Source: Candidatus Scalindua sp.
GTDB lineage: Bacteria > Planctomycetota > Brocadiia > Brocadiales > Scalinduaceae
Reading direction: 5' to 3'
Length of the DNA stretch: 32,000 nucleotides
Assembly: GCA_031316235.1 (NCBI GenBank)
Contig: JALDRA010000001.1
Location: 1,470,001 to 1,502,000 of the forward strand
Each line of letters begins with the position of its first letter. Position 1 is the stretch's first letter. A model generated the notes under the pieces. The model saw only the letters and a list, made by a program, of their open reading frames with translations, was not told the origin of the DNA and searched no databases. Both the position numbers and the translations under genes were made by a program. This document shows positions 8,304-14,914 of this stretch, piece by piece.

Positions 8304-9089
8304 CTATTTTATTCGAATTGGATAACTAGAAGAAAACTGTTTTTTCCCCTCATACTCTAAATTACTTATTTCGGCTAAACATTTTTTCACCTTATCACTA
8401 TTTCTGGAATCAAATTTACCCACACACACAACAAGCTCATTACCTCTTTTCGCCACAAAAGTATGGTAACGTGTCATATTTTTTACGGCTCTCGCTAAAT
8501 TAGCGGCTTTCTTTTTATTTTTTTTTGTATCGCGGTACGAGATAATTTGCAAGGTCCACGTTACATTTTGCATCTCCTCATCGTTAGCTGTTGGTGGAGC
8601 TGCTGTCAAATCTACTGCATCAAGCACCACCCCCGGAGGTACCGACTTTACCTTGCCACCAATCTTCGCCTCACTGTTTGATTCTTGAAATATTTCCGGA
8701 TTAAGAGCCTTTTTATAACCAAACCTGTAGCCAGTAAAAAAACAGGCAAATGCTAAAAAAACAGCACCCAGCGCACAAAGGATTAACGTTTCATGCTTCA
8801 GCGTAAGTTCATTCAAAAGGAGTTTTCTATATTTCTGGGCACGTGATTTTAAAGTTTCACTCGTTTTTGTATCCTTTATCCAATGAAGCTGTTGTTCCTT
8901 TTCACTCTCAACATCTCTTTTATCAGCATCTGCAGTGGCTTTATTTTTTTTCTGTGTAAGCAGGGGCATGACACTTGGATTTTTTTGCTCTGATCCAATC
9001 TCTCTTCCCTTATAATTCATCTTATGTTGATCTTTCGGCTTCTTGAAAACCTCAAAAAATTCTTTAGAGTCCTTATTCTTCTTAAGCAT
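8304..9089 (-). CDS. SPOR-domain membrane protein (peptidoglycan-binding, division/elongation associated)
   Basis: ATG 9089. It has one TM helix (LILCALGAVFLAFACFFTGY). The C-terminal ~75 aa show a SPOR-like pattern (WTLQIISYRDTKKNKKKAANLARAV...HTFVAKRGNELVVCVGKFDS). Confidence 0.65.
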   Translation of the reverse strand: MLKKNKDSKEFFEVFKKPKDQHKMNYKGREIGSEQKNPSVMPLLTQKKNKATADADKRDVESEKEQQLHWIKDTKTSETLKSRAQKYRKLLLNELTLKHETLILCALGAVFLAFACFFTGYRFGYKKALNPEIFQESNSEAKIGGKVKSVPPGVVLDAVDLTAAPPTANDEEMQNVTWTLQIISYRDTKKNKKKAANLARAVKNMTRYHTFVAKRGNELVVCVGKFDSRNSDKVKKCLAEISNLEYEGKKQFSSSYPIRIK

Positions 9090-9278
9090 TTAAGATCCTT
9101 GTTACACAAACTTTGTAACTTTACACCTGTTCAAAAAAAATCTCTACAATTTGTCCACTTGAATTTTATGATGTATATTTCTACAGACAGATAATCCGAA
9201 AAAAACATATCCACTGCCACGAATATGAAGTCTATTAAAAATATATTTTAAAGTCAAGCGTCATTTGATACATTGAAG

Positions 9279-9524
9279 TCAACCGGTTCCCTGGTACATG
9301 GTATTTTCATAATCATACCAGTCAGTCTTGTTTAATACAAAAAGTGCTATTGCACTGACCGCATACCACACGTTCAGAGAACAACAGCAAATAAGAATAT
9401 TCAGTATAAGATACAGTATTGAGATCTTGTAAACAATCTTAAATAGTTTCTCATATCTGGTTAACCATTCTGACCCTCTTTTCGAGTTAAATTTTTTAAA
9501 AAGATACTCTTTTGTAGCGTTCAC
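9279..9524 (-). CDS. Possible small two-helix membrane protein (81 aa)
   Basis: It has a GTG start and two hydrophobic stretches (ISILYLILNILICCCSL, AVSAIALFVL). It is isolated and no family was recognised, so support is weak. Confidence 0.3.
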   Translation of the reverse strand: MNATKEYLFKKFNSKRGSEWLTRYEKLFKIVYKISILYLILNILICCCSLNVWYAVSAIALFVLNKTDWYDYENTMYQGTG

Positions 9525-9806
9525 GGTATATTATTCCTGAAAAAGCAGGTTGCCACTCAATATGGGAGGCTGCAGTCAGAGGGTTCAGTATGCACCGGGT
9601 GCCTTGTGATATGAGTCTTCAATTCAGCAATTTCTTGTTTTTTACTGAAGACTGCTGATTTAAAGACTGTCCAGCCAAACCTTCGGTGTGTCAGTGAAAA
9701 AAATTTAATAAATAAGCTGCCATTCTCTTACTAATTTCATGACAGGTTTACCGGTTTAGTACGAACAGGGCTTTTATAAAAAATTCCGAGAAACAAAAAA
9801 CGCCTC

Positions 9807-10772
9807 CTATCCGTCCTCCGTGTATACACACAGGGTATTCTTACCCATACTCTTTGCTTTATAGAGGGCAACGTCTGCCTTTCTAATCAAATCTTCCTGT
9901 GTATGTGCATCATCAGGGTACCCGGCAAGGCCCGCGCTGATAGTTATTTTTTCGACTTGTGGCAGCCCTTCTACTGTAAAGGAAGCAACACTGTTAACAA
10001 TCCTTTTCCCGAATATTTTTCCGTGTTCTTTGGCTGTTTCTGATAAAATTATTGCAAATTCTTCTCCTCCATACCGCACAACCGGATCTATTTTTCTGAC
10101 GAGTGATTTAAACAATGATGCCAGTTCCTTCAATACTTTATCACCAGCCTGATGGCCATAGGTGTCATTAAATCTTTTAAAATCATCAACATCAATCATT
10201 AATAAAGAAAAATTGTGCTTATATCTATCGGCCCTGGACATTTCACTATCTAATAGTTTATGAAAAAACCGATGGTTATATAAACCGGTAAGCCCGTCAG
10301 TCCGGGAAATCTGTTCATAGTAATCTCTTTCAGCTGCACGTTTTTCAAGTGTCCTCTTATACAGTGTCCTTTCAACGATAATTTGAAAATATTCCATATC
10401 GAAAGGCTTTACTAAATAGTCAGCAGCGCCAAGTTTCATACATTTTACTGCTGTTTCAACAGAGGGAAAACCCGTCATAACAACCAGATAAGAATTCGGT
10501 GAGATAATTCTCGCCTTTTTAACAAACTCTACCCCGGACAAACCCGGCATCTTCAAGTCTGTAATAACCAACTCGTAAACCTCATTCCTCAACTCCTCTA
10601 ATGCCTCAAATGCATCCAGACAAGTCTTTACTTTATAGCCATTTACCTCTAAAACACCTTGTAAAACCTTTAGAAAACTCTCCTCATCATCAACAATCAT
10701 AATTCTGGACCTTTCAGAACTATCATCTTCGCCACCAAAGGGTATATTTTGATTTATTGTATCGTGGTGCAT
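9807..10772 (-). CDS. Response regulator with GGDEF output (diguanylate cyclase, PleD/WspR-like)
   Basis: It has an N-terminal receiver domain (IMIVDDEE...ITDLKMPG). The GGDEF domain carries a GGEEF active site and an RKID (RxxD) I-site five residues upstream of it. ATG 10770-10772 directly abuts the cobT stop (10773-10775). Confidence 0.9.
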   Translation of the reverse strand: MHHDTINQNIPFGGEDDSSERSRIMIVDDEESFLKVLQGVLEVNGYKVKTCLDAFEALEELRNEVYELVITDLKMPGLSGVEFVKKARIISPNSYLVVMTGFPSVETAVKCMKLGAADYLVKPFDMEYFQIIVERTLYKRTLEKRAAERDYYEQISRTDGLTGLYNHRFFHKLLDSEMSRADRYKHNFSLLMIDVDDFKRFNDTYGHQAGDKVLKELASLFKSLVRKIDPVVRYGGEEFAIILSETAKEHGKIFGKRIVNSVASFTVEGLPQVEKITISAGLAGYPDDAHTQEDLIRKADVALYKAKSMGKNTLCVYTEDG

Positions 10773-11864
10773 TTAAATTCTAACCTGGCTTTTCATTCTT
10801 AGGTTTTTCAAATCCGGCATTGAAACTTTCGCCTCTGTAAACGTTGCCGCCTGCGTTAATACTTTTACACCAAGCTCAACCAGACTTAATCCCAGCACAG
10901 CCCCCGTACCCTCACCAAGCCTTAAATCCAGATCAAAAATAGCTCTTTTCCCCAATTTTTCCAGGGCAATGAGATGTCCGTTCTCCGCAGAAACATGAGA
11001 TGCAATAAGATAATTGTTTACTTTTGGTTCTATAGCGGATGCAATTAATGCTGCAGCTGTCGAAACAAATCCGTCAACCACTACAGGTATTCTGTTACTT
11101 GCCGCTGCCAGGCAGAGGCCTGCAATAGCGCCTATCTCAAACCCTCCTACCTTGGCCAGCACATCAATTGGACTTGATGGATCGGGTTTATTCACATCCA
11201 GAGCCCTTTTAATGGCACGAACTTTCCTCTCCCTGCCACTGTCGTCCAGGCCGGTACCTTTTCCGGTTACCTTACTCACTTCCGTGTCTGTTAAACACGA
11301 AATTATTGCACTGCTTGGTGTCGTATTGGCAATACCCATATCACCAGTAGCAACAATATCTAAACCGGCAGCTATTTCGTCAAGGAGAACTTCAATCCCC
11401 ACTTCAAGTGATTCGACCGCCTGCTCATGGGACATTGCGGGACCATGAATCATGTTAGCTGTTCCGTAATCTACCTTTTTAATCCGGAGGCCTTCGGCAG
11501 GTTCAAAATCTGTATTTACTCCGCAATCAACAACAATTACCCTTGCACCTGCGTGTTGCGCAAACAGGTTTATTGTTGCATCTCCATTAAGAAAGCTTCT
11601 CACCATTTGACGTGTTACCTCTTGCGGAAAAGCACTTACTCCTTCTTGAGAAACTCCATGATCGCCTGCCATGGTAAATACTGCCTTATGTTTAACGGTT
11701 GCAGAAATTACCTTTTTTATTGATGCATAAATAGTGGCAAATTCTTCCAGTCGCCCAAGACTTCCAGAAGGGATAGCTAGGCTATCAAATCTTTCCCGTA
11801 TGCGATCATCTGGATCAATTATGACTTCTTCAATATTTTCAATGGTCTGATTTAATAGTTTCAT
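10773..11864 (-). CDS. cobT: Nicotinate-nucleotide--dimethylbenzimidazole phosphoribosyltransferase
   Basis: 363 aa with CobT/CobU-type DMB-PRT patterns, including GDMGIANTT and LRLGEGTGAVLG near the C-terminus. Confidence 0.85.
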   Translation of the reverse strand: MKLLNQTIENIEEVIIDPDDRIRERFDSLAIPSGSLGRLEEFATIYASIKKVISATVKHKAVFTMAGDHGVSQEGVSAFPQEVTRQMVRSFLNGDATINLFAQHAGARVIVVDCGVNTDFEPAEGLRIKKVDYGTANMIHGPAMSHEQAVESLEVGIEVLLDEIAAGLDIVATGDMGIANTTPSSAIISCLTDTEVSKVTGKGTGLDDSGRERKVRAIKRALDVNKPDPSSPIDVLAKVGGFEIGAIAGLCLAAASNRIPVVVDGFVSTAAALIASAIEPKVNNYLIASHVSAENGHLIALEKLGKRAIFDLDLRLGEGTGAVLGLSLVELGVKVLTQAATFTEAKVSMPDLKNLRMKSQVRI

Positions 11865-11920
11865 TCTTACTATCTATACCTTCGTGCCTTAAATTGATTC
11901 GAAGAAAGGTTTTTTCCAAT

Positions 11921-11953
11921 TATACTAAAACCGGTCTGGTATTAGATTTTTCT
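11921..11953 (+). repeat. Truncated 5' fragment of the hairpin-repeat element (D-type subfamily)
   Basis: TATACTAAAACCGGTCTGGTATTAGATTTTTCT matches the sense-strand 5' end of copy D (TATACTGAAACCGATTTGGTTTTAGATTTTTCT) with 4 mismatches in 33 nt. Similarity then stops. Confidence 0.65.
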
Positions 11954-12035
11954 TTCTTAACAATAAATGGTTTTCAAGAAATGAATCAATTCAATCTGGT
12001 TTCTCCCCCATGAGCAGAAGAAAGAATACCTGAAA

Positions 12036-12174
12036 TATACTAAAACCGATCTGGTTTTCGGTTTTACCGGAAACCAGATCCTGGTAAAGGTATCCCCGGA
12101 CAAAAAGCGCCGAAGACTTTACTCGCTCAATTTTATCTCGGATTTTATCCGAAAACCAGTATGAGATGAGTATA
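12036..12174 (+). repeat. Intergenic hairpin-repeat element, copy C (longest; both hairpins plus the 27-nt module)
   Basis: It runs TATACTAAAACCGATCTGGTTTTCGGTTTTACCGGAAACCAGATCCTGG...CTCGGATTTTATCCGAAAACCAGTATGAGATGAGTATA. Hairpin 1 is at 12051-12077, with a 12-bp stem. Hairpin 2 is TCGGAT-TTT-ATCCGA. The module is at 12094-12120. Confidence 0.9.
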
Positions 12175-12287
12175 CTACCAAATAAGTGAAAGATTATGCC
12201 TCTGAAAACGTCAAATTAAACTACCACTCTGACAAAACAACAAACACCCTTTTGAAAGGAGGAATTGAGGCAGGCAGGAGAAAAAAA

Positions 12288-13397
12288 TCAGCCAATCAGA
12301 TTCTTTTTTCTGATTCTCCAGACAATAAAACCAAAGAAGGCTATAATACTGAGCCATATCTGTGTCACAAAAACATAACCAATAACACAAACAAGGATCT
12401 TATTAACTTTTGATCCGGACCATTTACTCTTAACATAGACAACCGGGCTTATATCATATCCATAAGGTTTTCCCTGTTTTTTTACAAAAAGGTTAGATTT
12501 TGATTTTGACGACTCTTTCGTATAACCCTGAAAGATAGTATGTGTATCTTCTTCCCTTAGTTGTTTTTTTGTGCCGCGTGTACTAATAACATGTTTATCA
12601 GTTGCATCGCGACTTTCAACAATTGTCTGTCCTGCAGATTCGCCGGTATGGTGATCACCGCCACCTGCATCAATAGCTTTTTTACTAAATGCATGAGTCT
12701 TGTTTGCAGCATCCACACTTTCTGCAGAGTCTGTGCGTGTGCCGGTATCAGTACGTCCACGCTTTGAACTAAATGCAGGTGTCTCTTTTGCGGCATGTGT
12801 TTGCCCGGCAGAGTGGCCACTCTTATCTGTATCATCCGTCTTGCCATGTGCCCTGGCTGTGTCAAATTCAGACTTCTCCTGATCAGCGTGTTTGTCCTTT
12901 GTCAGGCCAAATTCAGATTTACTGCGTTCAATTGTGGAGACACTCTCACTTACTTTCACTGGAGAACGAGAGGTTTTCGCAGAGGTTGATGACTTTCCTC
13001 TCCCTTTCTCACCTTGTGATATCTTCCTGAAAATCTTTTTCTCCTTTTCGGCTTCCTGTGTCATGCCCATCTTATTATATGCAAGCGATAATGAGTAATG
13101 AACCTTGGCATAGTCAGGATTGCTATTGATAGCCTTGGTATAAATTTTTATCGCCTCATCGTATTTTGCCTTGCAATAATAGGTATTTCCAAGACCATAA
13201 AGGGCATATGCATCATTCGGTTTCAGCTCTAAAGCCTTTTCGAATTGCTTTCCCGCCTGGTCATATTTACCCTGCTTATAATACTCGATCGCCTGGTTAT
13301 AATATCCGGAAAACTTATCCGAACCGTAAGAAACTGTTTCGAAAACAGTAATCAGAAAAATGACAAGCAACAATTGAAACAGCAGAATTTTCCTCAT
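12288..13397 (-). CDS. TPR-repeat protein with signal peptide, long low-complexity linker and C-terminal TM anchor
   Basis: ATG 13397 is preceded by AGGTGA; the track ORF extends to 13454. It has a signal-like N-terminus (MRKILLFQLLLVIFLITVFETVSYG). TPR motifs follow (YYNQAIEYYKQGKYDQAGKQFEKALELKPNDAYALYGLGNTYY..., three or more repeats). A ~200 aa S/T/K/D/G-rich region comes next. The C-terminal hydrophobic helix is ILVCVIGYVFVTQIWLSIIAFFGFIVW. Confidence 0.75.
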   Translation of the reverse strand: MRKILLFQLLLVIFLITVFETVSYGSDKFSGYYNQAIEYYKQGKYDQAGKQFEKALELKPNDAYALYGLGNTYYCKAKYDEAIKIYTKAINSNPDYAKVHYSLSLAYNKMGMTQEAEKEKKIFRKISQGEKGRGKSSTSAKTSRSPVKVSESVSTIERSKSEFGLTKDKHADQEKSEFDTARAHGKTDDTDKSGHSAGQTHAAKETPAFSSKRGRTDTGTRTDSAESVDAANKTHAFSKKAIDAGGGDHHTGESAGQTIVESRDATDKHVISTRGTKKQLREEDTHTIFQGYTKESSKSKSNLFVKKQGKPYGYDISPVVYVKSKWSGSKVNKILVCVIGYVFVTQIWLSIIAFFGFIVWRIRKKNLIG

Positions 13398-13592
13398 AAC
13401 AGATTCACCTAAAGAAGAACAACAGATTACATCGAACATATGAGTTCGCAGCACCCTCCCGTGAGGGTGCCCGGCCCTGGAGGTTATTTCCTGCCAGACC
13501 TGTCAGCAAGTAATCATCAAACTCTGACACAGATGTAGAATGTCCAGAATAACAAAAATGCAGCAAAATGTCAATAGAGTACAATAACACAA

Positions 13593-13688
13593 ATACTACA
13601 CAGAAAACCGATCCAGGCTAACCCTGTGTCTTCATTTTGTTGTTTCCTCTGATTTTGGTAAACCATGAATTGCTGAGTTTCCCGTATA
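13593..13688 (+). repeat. Candidate decayed copy of the hairpin-repeat element
   Basis: The 5' block AATACT..AAAACCGATC includes a 10-mer (13604-13613) identical to copy C 12042-12051. The 3' blocks CTCTGATTTT, AAACCAT, CTGAGT and GTATA occur in the same order as CTCGGATTTT..AAAACCAT..GATGAGTATA. The middle is shorter and diverged. Confidence 0.3.
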
Positions 13689-13718
13689 TGTCAAAAACCT
13701 AACCGGTTCTGGTATATC

Positions 13719-14102
13719 TCATGCGTAATGAGGAAAATCGACAGGGTCATATACAATTGCAAGCCTTTCATCAAACTGCACGGCAATACCCCAAACCTTT
13801 TTGTACAGGCCGTTATGTATGAGCGTTTTTCTAATAATTTTCCCACTCCCACTGAGCCTTAACGTCCTCATGGGAAGCATCGTCGATGTAGTTTCTGCCA
13901 CTATTTCAAAACCAACACTCTCTCCCAGATGATACCTCTTACGATAATCCGTAATCATCTCAAAATATACTCCGGCAGAACTTATGTTCTTAGATTCAGC
14001 TTTCTGGTCTGGTAATAATATGAGTAATGAAAGATCTAATCTTCTATGAAGACGCCTCTCCAGACCACCAACTTCCTCTGGCATGCTATTTCTTTCAATC
14101 AT
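13719..14102 (-). CDS. PilZ-domain c-di-GMP receptor protein
   Basis: It carries the RRLHR (RxxxR) and NISSAG (D/NxSxxG) motifs that define PilZ c-di-GMP binding. ATG 14102 is preferred over the TTG at 14120 used by the track. Confidence 0.75.
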   Translation of the reverse strand: MIERNSMPEEVGGLERRLHRRLDLSLLILLPDQKAESKNISSAGVYFEMITDYRKRYHLGESVGFEIVAETTSTMLPMRTLRLSGSGKIIRKTLIHNGLYKKVWGIAVQFDERLAIVYDPVDFPHYA

Positions 14103-14226
14103 AGTTAAGAATCCAGACAAGAATATATTATTTCGGTTTTAAGCATCTTTCACCTCAGATTTACGAAGAGATACAAAAAAACAAGGCAAAGCAACCAACT
14201 CTACACGGTTTTCTCTATTAGCTTGA

Positions 14227-14535
14227 TTAGTACTGTTGCGCAACAGACACAAGTGCCCAATACCCCTGCTGCACTTTATCCAGGATATCTCCCTCTAATT
14301 CACTCTCGACTACACGTTTTTTCATGGACTTAGTATAAAATTCCAACCCAAATGGGGCCTTCCCCTTTAAAACAGATCCGGATTGCACTTCCATACTTTC
14401 ATCCCCCATGAACTTACTCTTATGGCAAACAAAATATCCTGGAGAAACAATACTCATCACTGCCACTCCAAAAATTACCAGACAACTGAAATTATTTATG
14501 ATTGAAATTAAACATTTCAGCCTATTTTTTTTCAT
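14227..14535 (-). CDS. Small exported/anchored hypothetical protein (102 aa)
   Basis: ATG 14535 has a strong Shine-Dalgarno (GGGGGTGA) about 8 nt upstream. The N-terminus is a hydrophobic signal/anchor (CLVIFGVAVMSIV). No family was recognised. A sigma-54 promoter candidate lies 61 nt upstream. Confidence 0.55.
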   Translation of the reverse strand: MKKNRLKCLISIINNFSCLVIFGVAVMSIVSPGYFVCHKSKFMGDESMEVQSGSVLKGKAPFGLEFYTKSMKKRVVESELEGDILDKVQQGYWALVSVAQQY

Positions 14536-14595
14536 AATACTTCACCCCCCTATGTACATCTTCGAAAAATAAGAACTTCTCTGCTTCTTTTCCTC

Positions 14596-14610
14596 GCTAC
14601 AATAGTACCA
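14596..14610 (-). promoter_or_regulatory. Candidate sigma-54 (-24/-12) promoter
   Basis: The minus-strand sequence is aaaaTGGTACtattgTAGCgagg. The invariant GG and GC are separated by exactly 10 nt. It matches 9 of 11 consensus positions of TGGCACG-N4-TTGC. It lies 61 nt upstream of ATG 14535 and about 300 nt downstream of a sigma-54-dependent activator gene. Confidence 0.4.
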
Positions 14611-14660
14611 TTTTACCTTACTACCTACTGATGTAAACCCGCGAATAGTATACCGAAATG

Positions 14661-14710
14661 GCACAAGTACGATAACCTGTATAATTATAAACTGTTTACA
14701 GTACTTGTGC
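14661..14710. promoter_or_regulatory. Perfect 10-bp inverted repeat, candidate upstream activator site
   Basis: GCACAAGTAC (14661-14670) and its exact reverse complement GTACTTGTGC (14701-14710) are separated by 30 nt. They lie 52-101 nt upstream of the -24 element of the sigma-54 promoter candidate. Confidence 0.35.
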
Positions 14711-14914
14711 GGTGATAAGGAGAACTGATTAATTGAATGGATTACCCTACAGGGAAAGAGAAGAAATTCTCTTTCAAATTTCTTAAATGTCAGCAACTGT
14801 TGCGGTTTTGTGAGAAGGCTATTTCATACAGTTGATTAGCTTCATGCAGATCTATCTATATTAACGCAGGAGTGGAGAAGAAGATTTTTCAAAATGCAGG
14901 AGGAGCTATGGTCT

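Noticed and set aside
9770-9800. CTTTTATAAAAAATTCCGAGAAAC weakly resembles the inverted 3' end of repeat copy D (CTTTTATAATGGTTTTCGGAAAAAATCC).
   Set aside because: Only short AT-rich stretches match, the diagnostic GGTTTTCGG block is missing, and nothing else aligns.
11014-11448. Long antisense or alternate-frame ORFs lie inside well-supported genes. Examples are 11014-11448 in cobT, 19864-20256 in mlaF, 20809-21108 in mlaE and 22372-22713 in moeA. Others are 25305-25661 and 25809-26153 in mreB and 28176-28745 in mrdA.
   Set aside because: Each lies fully inside a CDS with strong family motifs on the other strand or frame. Their translations are low-complexity Ser/Pro/Ile-rich mirror-frame sequences with no motifs.
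11865-12287. A cobalamin riboswitch was expected upstream of cobT.
   Set aside because: Reading the minus strand, I found no B12-box-like conserved core. The region is largely occupied by repeat-element copies. A covariance-model search would be needed to be certain.
12557-13098. A cluster of six alternative-frame ORFs (60-102 aa) lies on both strands inside the TPR gene.
   Set aside because: They are a by-product of the stop-poor composition of the low-complexity segment. Only the long minus-strand frame has TPR motifs, a signal peptide and an RBS.
14542-14796. An 84-aa minus-strand ORF lies between the activator gene and the small exported protein gene.
   Set aside because: It overlaps the sigma-54 promoter candidate and the inverted repeat. 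It has no RBS or motif and its sequence is implausible. The region is better explained as regulatory.
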